This document shows, piece after piece, positions 1 to 8,749 of a stretch of 35,011 nt of DNA. The DNA is taken from positions 1 through 35,011 of IMG/VR virus record IMGVR_UViG_3300005325_000105; one strand, written 5' to 3'. The notes beneath the pieces are model-generated. The model worked only from the letters and a program-made list of their open reading frames with translations, was not told where the DNA came from and ran no database searches. The stretch is from a virus. Lineage: Duplodnaviria > Caudoviricetes. The translations under genes were made by a program, and so were the position numbers. Within the stretch, counting starts at the first letter, position 1; each line of letters opens with the position of its first letter.

Positions 1-477
1 TTACTCCGGTTTTTCTCCGCCACTGGCGGATGCGCCCGTGGCGCATTTCGTTTCAAAGCTCACCCGGGGCGAGCTGGCTGTGGTACAGAGTTTGATCAGT
101 TTGCTGGCCTTGCCGCCCAGAAATGACTCGGCAAGAGCGCGGAAACCATTAACCGGAACATACTTCGGCGCCTGGTTGAACAACGTGGTGAAGTGTGTGC
201 TGGCTGCCTGACGAACCTTCTCGATCGTTTTGCCCTCACCGTCAATGCTGGCCTTGAGAGTCGGCGCCGGAAAATTAACGCGGGCGATGTTTCCTATCTC
301 ATCTTCAGCCGTCCAAGACAGACCGCCACCCATAGTGCCGGTGTGTTCTTCCGGCCGGCGGTTCGCCTCTTTGATAAGCTCGGTCTTTATTTCCTTCAGT
401 CGGGCGCTGCGTTCGGCGATCAGGCGATCAAGCACAACCGCCTCCGTGACTAATTGTTTAAGTTTCGCATCATGCAT
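1..477 (-). CDS. hypothetical phage early protein
   Basis: 158-aa ORF co-oriented with the early operon; N-terminal coiled-coil-like helix; no family recognised. Confidence 0.7.
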   Translation of the reverse strand: MHDAKLKQLVTEAVVLDRLIAERSARLKEIKTELIKEANRRPEEHTGTMGGGLSWTAEDEIGNIARVNFPAPTLKASIDGEGKTIEKVRQAASTHFTTLFNQAPKYVPVNGFRALAESFLGGKASKLIKLCTTASSPRVSFETKCATGASASGGEKPE

Positions 478-875
478 GGACTGGCTCCTTGATTAATTAG
501 TTGTTTCTGAGCATGTGTAATTAAAATTTTTGGCTTCTGACCTCTGACCTCCCTGCCTGCTATTCTGAGCATCTCCGCGACCTCCTCATCAGTCGGCATC
601 CCGAATTTCTGCATGGCCTTTGTCAACTTTTTCAACTCAGCGAGGGATTGCAATGTCAGGGCAAAACGCTGGAGTTTGTACATGAATTTTTCAAACGCCT
701 GGTCTTTGGTCGGATCGGCGAATTCCATTTCCTTGTGCAGGATCTCCAGTTTTTCGCGCAGATCTCCCGCATAAAAATTGATCGCATCCAAGTCAATCTC
801 CAGCAAATGCGCCTGTGTGCGCACCTGCGAATCGTCTATGGCGCGTGGCTCTTCCTTCTTTTTTGTTTCGCTCAT
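450..875 (-). CDS. hypothetical phage early protein
   Basis: 141-aa helical ORF with AAGGAG RBS upstream; C-terminal tail partly encoded by a 7-mer repeat. Confidence 0.65.
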   Translation of the reverse strand: MSETKKKEEPRAIDDSQVRTQAHLLEIDLDAINFYAGDLREKLEILHKEMEFADPTKDQAFEKFMYKLQRFALTLQSLAELKKLTKAMQKFGMPTDEEVAEMLRIAGREVRGQKPKILITHAQKQLINQGASPCMMRNLNN

Positions 876-929
876 TGTTTTGTTCTCCTTTCGGATGGCG
901 GGGCCGGAGGCTCTCGCCCTACCTTTTAT

Positions 930-2000
930 TTACTCCGTCTTTATGCTCAGTTTCTGAATAATGTCATGGGCCTGAACAAAGTGATCCCAAGACAATTTTT
1001 TGTTTTCGCGCGATGCCATCCGCGCCGCATTCTGCAGATACTTCACCACCATCCCAAGCCCGCTGGTGTGCAGCATTTCCTTGATGACATCCAGGGCAAG
1101 ATCTTCAGCCGGTGGCAATCCGAATTTTTTTGCAATCCGGTCCAGATCGGCCTTTGGCGGCCGCGCCGGTAATTGGATTTTAATCGTGCCGCGCCTGCGC
1201 AATTGTTCCAGCATTTGCGACAATTTGCCTTCCTGGATTTCACGCCGCCAGACGTTCGTTCCGCAGAGCACCAGTCCGCAATGCGTCCGGTCGTATATTT
1301 CCCGGATCAATTCCAATACCTTGATTTGCGAGCCTTTCAGGTAGCTCAAGAAGCATTGATGGGCCTCGTCAATGATGATCAGCGTCTTGTCATCAATCGC
1401 GTTCAATACGCTTTCCCGCATTCCCTCGAACGACCGGAATGCGCTCACAAAACACGAACGCGCCATTTCGCGCATGAACAACTGGACCCCGGCGCTGGCC
1501 GGCATGCGGATAAATTTCGTCTGACCGTGATTGTTCCGGCGTGCATACTCCTCCAGCGCCATCGTCTTACCGATCTGCGGATCGCCGTAGATGAATGCCA
1601 CCGATTGCGTGATCAGCGCTCCATCGCAGGCCCGCCAGATAATTTTCGCAATGGAAGTTTCGACAAAATCCAACCGTACTTGTCCGGCTCTTTCCTGAAT
1701 AATCCGTTTATAGCGGGCGATGTCCGCGCAAATGTTGTCGAGTTTTGCTCCGTAGGTGCAGTTAAAAATCCTGTAAACCGTGGTTGTGTCCTTGCCGATT
1801 TCCTTGCCGGCTTCCGACAAGCTGAATTCCTGTTCCCGGCAATAACAATAAAACCACCAGATCAGATCCGCCTGAATTTGCTCAATCTCTTTTGACTCCA
1901 CTTTCGCATTCAACGCCTGTTTCACCTTGTCAGCGCTAAGTGTGATGTGGGCATGGTCACGGTCTATTACCTGTTGATTCTTTTCCGGATTCGTCTCCAT
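930..2000 (-). CDS. MuB-like AAA+ transposition ATPase
   Basis: Walker A GDPQIGKT, Walker B LIIIDEAH, sensor LVLCGT, N-terminal HTH-like segment; directly follows the transposase; GGAGGAG RBS. Confidence 0.92.
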   Translation of the reverse strand: METNPEKNQQVIDRDHAHITLSADKVKQALNAKVESKEIEQIQADLIWWFYCYCREQEFSLSEAGKEIGKDTTTVYRIFNCTYGAKLDNICADIARYKRIIQERAGQVRLDFVETSIAKIIWRACDGALITQSVAFIYGDPQIGKTMALEEYARRNNHGQTKFIRMPASAGVQLFMREMARSCFVSAFRSFEGMRESVLNAIDDKTLIIIDEAHQCFLSYLKGSQIKVLELIREIYDRTHCGLVLCGTNVWRREIQEGKLSQMLEQLRRRGTIKIQLPARPPKADLDRIAKKFGLPPAEDLALDVIKEMLHTSGLGMVVKYLQNAARMASRENKKLSWDHFVQAHDIIQKLSIKTE

Positions 2001-2015
2001 CTTCTCCTCCCTTGG

Positions 2016-4043
2016 TTAAAATATTTTGTCCAGATTGCTTACCGCCTCGCTCAATGCCGCCTCAGATTCTTCAGTGTTATCTTTTATTGCCTCCTCTCTT
2101 GTCCCGAGCACGTCTTCCAAATTTCCTTCCGCCGCCTTGATCCGCGCCCGCGTAGCGCGTTCTTCTTCCGTCACCGGCTTCCCGGACAAAACGGAAGAAT
2201 TCCATTTTGCGTCCGCTGTCCGCCGGCGCATTTCAGCCGTATGCCGCGCCTGGTAGGGCAATAGCCGATTGGTCTCTTCCCTGGCGGCCGCGCCCATCTG
2301 GCGCTTAATGGCTTCCACATCGTCGCGCCTGATGCTCTCCCAGCGCGCACACGCGCCCACGTAAGCGCCCTGGATTTTCCCGGATTTGCAGACGTAGAGA
2401 ACATCGGATTCAAAGGGATTGCAGAAGGTCAGGTAGGTTTCTCCTTCCACGAGTTGTTCCTCAGTGCCGTCAATTTTCGTTGCCCGCGCCAGAAAGCGAA
2501 ACGTCCCCGGTCCGACGTTGCTGTCCTCAAACTCGAACATGCCGTTCTTGCCGACCTTGCGCTCCACGCCGTTTTTCGGTCCCATGATCTGCGGCGCGAT
2601 ATACCCCGGAAGTCGTATTAATCTGGTCTTCCCTTGAGAAAAAACTTCAGCCGGGCTCATCTTGCGCACGCGCGTGTACCCCGGCTTTTCGATCAGCGCC
2701 TGAATTGCAGAGCGCTCATGCTCCGGAGCCGCAAGCAATCGCTCGGCGCTCATCCATGGCAAATCATGACCAAGCCGGAATTCGTTCGTTACCAGTCCGG
2801 CCTCAAGCCATCCTTCCAGATCGTGCCAGTCGCGGTTATTAAGTTTGTCATATACTTCCAGGGCGAAACGCTGAAATTGATTGAACTCCCAAAACGGCAG
2901 GCGCAATAACGCCGACCGTTCCGACGGCAAAAAAGCCATTGCCTTGATCAAGGCGTTGTTGTTTCTTTCCCGGCCGTGAAGTTCTTCCGGGGAATTGTCC
3001 CGTCCCATGCCCATCTGCCCCGGTAATGCCGCAAGTTCGTTATGCGCCAGATTGTGCGAGCTTTCCAGCGCCGCCTTGAAACGGAAATTGCCTTTTCCTC
3101 GCCCTTCGTAAACTAACGCGGCCGCGCCTTCCATCCCTGAACGCGCAACTTGGATTGCGCCGTCACTGGCCTCGTCAAGCAGTTTTTCGGTTTCTTCCGA
3201 GATCGCCGCCGTGCCGTGTTCGACGCAAAGCGTTGTCCCCTCCGGCCGGTATCCGATTCGCGTCAGGAGCTGGGCCAGCAAAAAGCACATTTCGTAATCT
3301 TTAATTTTTCGCTTGATGCCATCGTCGTCAATCGTGGGCTTCATGCCGCAGAGTATTTTATAGGCTGAGAACAAATCCATACATCCGAGCTCAAGCGGCC
3401 GCATGGCCTGCCGATTGACCCCGAGCACGTTGACTTTCACATCATGCTCAAGATCGTCGAAAAATATAAATTGTCCTACCTCCAGCCCGACCCGCGTTGT
3501 ATGCACCAGCGGCCGATAGTTCGCCGCCGCGCTCCGCCCGATCCGCGCCACGGAAAGCTCAAAATCGCTCGGCCGGAACCGCATCAAATTCCCATAACTC
3601 CACACCGCCGGCACTCCATGCATGGCCGCAACCGGAGTTTTTTCATAACCTGGGATCGGCTCACCTGCCTTCCATTTCGCGGTCAGCATCCGCCAGGCCG
3701 GCCGGCTCTTGCGCTGGTTCTGTTCGCAGAGCATTTTCCAGAACTCGATAAACTTTTTCGGCAGGTTTGCCTTGTCTTCGCGCGGCAGTTTAGACCCATT
3801 GATCAGGCAAGAAATACCGGCGCCCTTCTTGACATCGTAATATTTCCGGATGATGGATTTTTCCGAAAGCCCGCGAATGCCGGTAAACCTCCGGCATTGC
3901 GCCTTGATCTCTGCCAAAGGCCGCTCAGACGCCATAACCGCCCGCATAATATCAATTAACAGCCGCGTCTCGTCTTTTACCCTGTCCGGAAGTTTTGCGA
4001 GAATGGCGTGGTCGTCTGGTGACAATGCAATGGCGGTGTTCAT
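2016..4043 (-). CDS. MuA-like DDE transposase
   Basis: 675 aa upstream of MuB-like gene; FFDDLEHD, CMDLFS, VEHGTA and KAALESSHN segments fit an RNase H/DDE core. Confidence 0.85.
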   Translation of the reverse strand: MNTAIALSPDDHAILAKLPDRVKDETRLLIDIMRAVMASERPLAEIKAQCRRFTGIRGLSEKSIIRKYYDVKKGAGISCLINGSKLPREDKANLPKKFIEFWKMLCEQNQRKSRPAWRMLTAKWKAGEPIPGYEKTPVAAMHGVPAVWSYGNLMRFRPSDFELSVARIGRSAAANYRPLVHTTRVGLEVGQFIFFDDLEHDVKVNVLGVNRQAMRPLELGCMDLFSAYKILCGMKPTIDDDGIKRKIKDYEMCFLLAQLLTRIGYRPEGTTLCVEHGTAAISEETEKLLDEASDGAIQVARSGMEGAAALVYEGRGKGNFRFKAALESSHNLAHNELAALPGQMGMGRDNSPEELHGRERNNNALIKAMAFLPSERSALLRLPFWEFNQFQRFALEVYDKLNNRDWHDLEGWLEAGLVTNEFRLGHDLPWMSAERLLAAPEHERSAIQALIEKPGYTRVRKMSPAEVFSQGKTRLIRLPGYIAPQIMGPKNGVERKVGKNGMFEFEDSNVGPGTFRFLARATKIDGTEEQLVEGETYLTFCNPFESDVLYVCKSGKIQGAYVGACARWESIRRDDVEAIKRQMGAAAREETNRLLPYQARHTAEMRRRTADAKWNSSVLSGKPVTEEERATRARIKAAEGNLEDVLGTREEAIKDNTEESEAALSEAVSNLDKIF

Positions 4044-4876
4044 TTTTTCAGGGCCTCCGAGATTTCTTTTTTAACGTCCAGCAGCGTTCCGTGGAGTTCT
4101 TCCAGTTCGCGCCGGTCGAGGTAGGAATAAGTTTTTTTCTCCAGCCCGTTTTCCCGCAAAGACCTGATCATGTTCCGCCAGACGGCTTGATAGGTGACGC
4201 GGTTGAATTGCTCGCTGGGTATGTTTGCTGTTTCGCGCAAATGTTTTTCCCAGGCTTTCTTCACTTCCTTCGGCAATTCCCGCAGGCTCATCTTTATATA
4301 TTCCGGATGATCCGGATAATTCTCCTTCAGAAACTGGTGCAGATGATTCGCCCCGCCGAGCGATTTTTTCTCGCGGACATTGATGCCATATTCCGCGAAT
4401 AGTTCCGCCTGTGATTTTTCTCCGATGAAATCGAAAACCATTTGAACAATCTTCTGAACTTTTGGCTCAGCTTTGATTGTATGTTCCGATTTTGCTTCGC
4501 AAAGCAGATAGGCTTTTTGTTGTTCGATCTGATTTTTATCAATAAAAGCCTGCGCCAGATTTATGAAGTTGAAGGCCTGTCTCCGGCGAACTTCCACTAC
4601 GTTCTCCTCAAGCCATGGTCCGAATTCGCCATGTTTCAAAGATTCCCGCGCCTTTAGCAGCAATATGCCGATGCGTATGGCACGATACGCAGCCTCGTTT
4701 TCGAGTTTTCCATAAGCCTCAAATTCTTCATGTAGTTGACTTGCAACACCTTGTAAAAGTGCAACGCGTTGCACTTTTGATGTCTCCAAATTTGCCACGC
4801 GTGGCAAATTTGATTTTCCCGCCGCGCCTTCAGCGCGGTCCGGTGGCAACACTTCAACCGCAGTCTTCTCGCTCAT
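4040..4876 (-). CDS. DUF3102-like phage protein
   Basis: IGILLLKARESLKHGEFGPWLEEN...RRQAFNFINLA resembles the DUF3102 consensus; typical position upstream of transposase; ATGA overlap. Confidence 0.7.
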   Translation of the reverse strand: MSEKTAVEVLPPDRAEGAAGKSNLPRVANLETSKVQRVALLQGVASQLHEEFEAYGKLENEAAYRAIRIGILLLKARESLKHGEFGPWLEENVVEVRRRQAFNFINLAQAFIDKNQIEQQKAYLLCEAKSEHTIKAEPKVQKIVQMVFDFIGEKSQAELFAEYGINVREKKSLGGANHLHQFLKENYPDHPEYIKMSLRELPKEVKKAWEKHLRETANIPSEQFNRVTYQAVWRNMIRSLRENGLEKKTYSYLDRRELEELHGTLLDVKKEISEALKK

Positions 4877-5115
4877 TGATTCACCTCCGATTTTTCGCGT
4901 CCATTCGCGTAATTAGCGGATAAATCCTTCTGAATCTTCTCCCATTCCTCTTTCAAATATTCATCCACCGGTTTTTCCTCGCCTTCCAACGAACAGGCCC
5001 AGGGCGTCGCGATTCCGCACGCGCATTCGATCCGGAAATATTTCTTGAATATCCCTTCGGGCGTCTTTTTTTCATGTCGTCTGGACTCTCTACCGCATTT
5101 ACATTGCATCGTCAT
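4873..5115 (-). CDS. small zinc-finger protein (Lar-like)
   Basis: CKCG...IECACG...W pattern, 80 aa, coupled to neighbours. Confidence 0.5.
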   Translation of the reverse strand: MTMQCKCGRESRRHEKKTPEGIFKKYFRIECACGIATPWACSLEGEEKPVDEYLKEEWEKIQKDLSANYANGREKSEVNQ

Positions 5116-5543
5116 TATTTTGTCTCCCGATAAAATCTGTGTCCCCCGACCACCGCCACCAGCTTCATGTTTTTAACCCAGACCGGCGGAATGCTCCTCA
5201 GGCCCGGCGCGTAATAATGTGTCGCCGTAGTGGTGGGTTGATATCTGGCCTGGCAAACCTTCTGAGCGATCTCCTTGCAGTCACGCCATGCGGGTAAAAC
5301 GTTCGCATAAGAGAGAGCGCGGTTGATCAACGCGCGTTGTTTTTCCGGAGTGTTCCAGCAGGAGAATTGATTCGCCTTCAGACATTCATATTTCAATGAA
5401 TGCCCGCTCGCCCTGGCGCGATTGACTATTATTTCAGCCACCATGATCTTGCTGGCATAGGGCTCGCCTTCGGCTTCGCCCAGGATCGTCATCGCCACAA
5501 CCGCCGCTTCGGAAAATTTCAAGAGTTCTGTTATCAAGATCAT
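5115..5543 (-). CDS. SleB/CwlJ-family cell wall hydrolase (Hydrolase_2)
   Basis: TILGEAEGE (catalytic Glu), VAEIIVNR, NQFSCWN, ATHYY, VGGHRFY motifs. Confidence 0.9.
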   Translation of the reverse strand: MILITELLKFSEAAVVAMTILGEAEGEPYASKIMVAEIIVNRARASGHSLKYECLKANQFSCWNTPEKQRALINRALSYANVLPAWRDCKEIAQKVCQARYQPTTTATHYYAPGLRSIPPVWVKNMKLVAVVGGHRFYRETK

Positions 5544-5752
5544 ATTTTTCTACTCTCCACAAACTCCCTCACGCTTTCCGTGAGAATCCGTATTGCCGGC
5601 TTTCGGCACATCACTGATTTGATATCCAGCGCCTGGCGCAAACTGCCTTCTTCCACAAGGTGATAAACGTGAACTTTCGAGCAGGAAAATATCTGCGCAA
5701 CTTCGTCCGGCCGGAGAGTGGGCTTATTCGGCAGAGATAAAGTTACCATCAC
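5540..5752 (-). CDS. excisionase-like HTH_17 DNA-binding protein
   Basis: LRPDEVAQIFSCSKVHVYHLVEEGSL...RI...SVREF, 70 aa. Confidence 0.8.
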   Translation of the reverse strand: MMVTLSLPNKPTLRPDEVAQIFSCSKVHVYHLVEEGSLRQALDIKSVMCRKPAIRILTESVREFVESRKI

Positions 5753-5970
5753 ACTGTCCTCCGAATGTCGCGCTGATACTTCCTGTATCTACAAAGCAAT
5801 CTCGGAGAAAGCCTCTCTCCGGTCAGCACAAACCATAAATGTGACCGCGAAACTCCGAGCGCCCGCGTTGCCCCCACTATTCCGGGGAACCTGATTTTTC
5901 TCCGTTTCTGTTTGTTCATTTTTCCCACCCTCCGTTTTTCCTTGTGCCTTGTCTGATGTTTCGGTAACAT
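5749..5970 (-). CDS. Ner/Cro-like small HTH regulator (start may be the downstream ATG)
   Basis: ATRALGVSRSHLWFVLTGERLSPRL HTH; first gene divergent from the repressor. Confidence 0.7.
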   Translation of the reverse strand: MLPKHQTRHKEKRRVGKMNKQKRRKIRFPGIVGATRALGVSRSHLWFVLTGERLSPRLLCRYRKYQRDIRRTV

Positions 5971-6023
5971 GTCCTTGTTTTAAACTTGTTGTAGTCAGGC
6001 ATATGTTTCCGTTACGAGCATAA

Positions 6024-6075
6024 TGTAAAATAGTTTTACAAAATATGCAAGAGAAAAGTGTAAAAAAATTTGACA
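6024..6075. promoter_or_regulatory. two 17-bp operator-like inverted repeats
   Basis: TGTAAAA-tag-TTTTACA (6024-6040, perfect) and TGTAAAA-aaa-TTTGACA (6059-6075, one mismatch) between the divergent regulators. Confidence 0.65.
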
Positions 6076-6716
6076 TAGCCGGGATAGCTTTGGACTTCCA
6101 GAAGCGGGTCCTTAAATTGAAGCAAAAGCTCAATTTATCGGACGAGGAGCTCGGAAAGAGATTATGGTTATCCAGGCAGTCACTCTATCTGCTTAAAAAG
6201 GGACATCATGATCCGACATACGGCACTATTTGTCGGCTTGAGGAAGCCGAGCGTGAGGCCGGAATCATCCAGAACAAAGAAAAAATCACCGGCCTTGTTA
6301 CCCCGGTTAAAATCACCCGCCGGACCGTGGGAATATACGGCATTGCCCATTGCCGAACCCATAAACCGGAATTTTACGATACCAAGCAACCCGATCACCT
6401 TGTTCCCCAGATCGAAGTACCTCCGAGCTTGTCTCGTGTCAAACGCTTGGCCGCTTTCCGAGCCAGCGATAGCTCCATGACTCCTTTAATCAACGAAAAC
6501 GACATTATTTTTTTCAGTCCGGATTATGAACTTGATAATGGCAGAGTTTGCGTCCTGAAATATGACGATACGATCGTCTGCAAGCGGTTTTATAAAAAAG
6601 ATAATGTCGTCTCGCTTCAATCCGACGCATCCGGCGTCGCCCCAATAGTCCTCAAACCCAGCCAAATCGATTGGGCCTATCGCGCACTGGAGGTTATAAG
6701 CGTGAGGAAACTGTAG
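6045..6716 (+). CDS. CI/LexA-type repressor (XRE HTH plus S24 peptidase-like domain); start uncertain
   Basis: N-terminal HTH LSDEELGKRLWLSRQSLYLLKKG; C-terminal DSSMTPLINEND and VCKR (Ser/Lys dyad), LQSD. Confidence 0.88.
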   Translation: MQEKSVKKFDIAGIALDFQKRVLKLKQKLNLSDEELGKRLWLSRQSLYLLKKGHHDPTYGTICRLEEAEREAGIIQNKEKITGLVTPVKITRRTVGIYGIAHCRTHKPEFYDTKQPDHLVPQIEVPPSLSRVKRLAAFRASDSSMTPLINENDIIFFSPDYELDNGRVCVLKYDDTIVCKRFYKKDNVVSLQSDASGVAPIVLKPSQIDWAYRALEVISVRKL

Positions 6717-6757
6717 TCCTTTCTGCCGCATTTAACAAAAGACTTCGGAGCCCCAAC

Positions 6758-7393
6758 ATGGCAGATTTTAGGTTTGTCTGCATGTATTGCAAAGGTCATC
6801 TTCTGTGCGATGAAAAAATGTCTGGTCAAAACATTCTATGCCCTCATTGTTCTAAAAACATAATGATTCCTGAACCGCATATTCCAGACAAAATGGATTC
6901 AATTGCCGCATTCACAAAAGAACAACAGAGTGATAATTTTTCCTATTGGAAATCAGGAATGTCAGATATGGCAAAATGGCAGTTTCCTTGTTTTGAATTG
7001 ATTATGATGTATTGCGGTAGAGTTGAGCCTGACTGGATAAAGCGTTGGAAAAAATGCGGTGGTAAATTGTATAACGGAAGAATGATAGCGCTTAAAGATG
7101 ATCCGGTATGGATAAAATTAGGTGACTCTTCAATTTTTACCGATGCATTTGATAACCCATATCCACCTTTTTCTGCTGATTCTGGCATGGGATTCCGGGA
7201 AGTCAATCGTGAGGAATGCATTGCACTTGGAATTATTGCGGAGGACTACGAGCCTGTATATAATGATCCATATTATCAGTTAAGACTAAAAGCTGAAGCC
7301 GATAATATTAAGAAAAAATTCGGTTCAGAATTCCTATCCGCTACCTGTAAAGAATTGGATGCTAAAATCCCAAAACCTGCAATCGAGAGTTGA
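6758..7393 (+). CDS. zinc ribbon fused to a MuF-like domain
   Basis: ATG 6758 after GGAG; CMYC...CPHC; C-terminal part aligns by eye with 29170..29970 (GRMIA, PYPPF..SGM, IALGIIA). Confidence 0.8.
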   Translation: MADFRFVCMYCKGHLLCDEKMSGQNILCPHCSKNIMIPEPHIPDKMDSIAAFTKEQQSDNFSYWKSGMSDMAKWQFPCFELIMMYCGRVEPDWIKRWKKCGGKLYNGRMIALKDDPVWIKLGDSSIFTDAFDNPYPPFSADSGMGFREVNREECIALGIIAEDYEPVYNDPYYQLRLKAEADNIKKKFGSEFLSATCKELDAKIPKPAIES

Positions 7394-7417
7394 CTTTAAT
7401 TCCTCATCTTCTATAAT
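7390..7417 (+). promoter_or_regulatory. sigma70-like promoter, probably giving a leaderless transcript
   Basis: TTGACT-16 nt-TATAAT ending 6 nt before ATG 7424; no Shine-Dalgarno. Confidence 0.7.
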
Positions 7418-7423
7418 AAAAAC

Positions 7424-7969
7424 ATGAAAATAATTATGCCATTCTTGGCTGCTCTTTCCCTTCTGATCTCTTTCTGTTATGCCGATCCCAGCGCGACCGA
7501 TCTGCAAAATGCCTCCATCGGCACAACCATGACCGTGGATTGTCTAAACAAAAAACAGGCAAGCTATGGTGGAGTTAATGCTCGCAAAGACTATTACCCT
7601 AAATTAGATATTACCGTTACGGTTAAGAATAATCAGGCAAAACAGGCGTCTTTTAATCTGGATGTCTTTTTCCTCGATCAGTGTAAATTCAGAAAAGAGG
7701 GAAAAGCGATTGATAGTCTACGTGCGCGCGATAAAAAATCTTCTCAATTCCCTTTACTTGCCGGAGCTTCGACCAATCTAGCATTTTGTGCATCTGCTAT
7801 GGATGATAAAACCGAATTAGAAGTCGGTTGGACCGGCTACATCGTCCGCCTTTCAGCTTATGACAAGCCCATCAAGATCGTTGCCTCCAGCCCGGCCCTT
7901 GAAAAACTTGCCAACGATCAGGAAAAAATGAAGCTTCTCGAATCCGGTCGCATCGTCCCTTCAAAATAG
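7424..7969 (+). CDS. secreted/periplasmic accessory (moron) protein
   Basis: Signal peptide MKIIMPFLAALSLLISFCYA; beta-rich mature part; AT-rich; own promoter. Confidence 0.75.
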   Translation: MKIIMPFLAALSLLISFCYADPSATDLQNASIGTTMTVDCLNKKQASYGGVNARKDYYPKLDITVTVKNNQAKQASFNLDVFFLDQCKFRKEGKAIDSLRARDKKSSQFPLLAGASTNLAFCASAMDDKTELEVGWTGYIVRLSAYDKPIKIVASSPALEKLANDQEKMKLLESGRIVPSK

Positions 7970-8362
7970 TTTCGCCTGTTCCCCCGTAGTTACGCCTCTG
8001 TGAACGAAGGGGGATCGTCTCTCGTCTTTCGCTCTTCATCCGTCATATAGCGTCCCATACGCCTGCCCTGCGTAGCCTTCGGCGAAGTGGGGCCCCATTT
8101 CCTGCCTTCTTTCCTGCTCAATAACCCAATTCCTCCTGCGGGATCCGCGCTCCCACACCCCGAAACGATCTTGTAAACGGTGCAAACGAACTTTCCGCCT
8201 TCCGTGGTATTTTTGCCTTATCAAAAGCCATAAATAGGCACAACAGAGGCAAGAAAATGAATACCCCATAACCAGAATAGTTGCCGGCGGGCCGGACGTT
8301 GCCGCGCGCGTTTTGCGCTCGGATGATGATCCGGACGCCGGCGGCGCTCCATAAAATTTAAA

Positions 8363-8743
8363 ATGAACATCAATCCCGACCCGCTTTTTTTATTGTCATT
8401 CATCGGCTGCGTTTTTTTTCTCGCTTATATTTACAAAACAATTTTGGAAGTTGTTCAAATGCACCGCCGCAAGCCGCCCATTGAGGCCGAATTCGCAACC
8501 AAAAATGAACTGGGCGAACTTAAAACCAGCACCAAGTCCGAACTCGGCCAACTCGAAAACGCAATCAGCAGTATGCGCGAAGAAATGCGCGCCAACTATG
8601 ACCGCGTAAACTCAAATGACGAAATCCGCTCGTCAAAAATCCACCGCCGCATTGATGATGTGTTCGGCGCCGTCAGCGAGCTAAAAGGTATAATCAAAAA
8701 CGTCCCTTGCCTGCGCGGAGCCAAACTAGGCTGTACGGAGTAA
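8363..8743 (+). CDS. membrane-anchored coiled-coil protein (positional equivalent of Mu gp25/DUF2730)
   Basis: N-terminal TM helix followed by coiled coil; immediately upstream of gp26/gp27-like genes. Confidence 0.55.
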   Translation: MNINPDPLFLLSFIGCVFFLAYIYKTILEVVQMHRRKPPIEAEFATKNELGELKTSTKSELGQLENAISSMREEMRANYDRVNSNDEIRSSKIHRRIDDVFGAVSELKGIIKNVPCLRGAKLGCTE

Positions 8744-8749
8744 AAAATC

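Noticed and set aside
648-4402. Long plus-strand ORFs (e.g. 1173-1895, 3444-3959)
   Set aside because: Antisense shadows of MuB/MuA genes with no motifs
6671-6757. TTG start extension of the Zn-ribbon/MuF ORF
   Set aside because: Overlaps repressor; ATG 6758 has a GGAG RBS and begins the Zn ribbon
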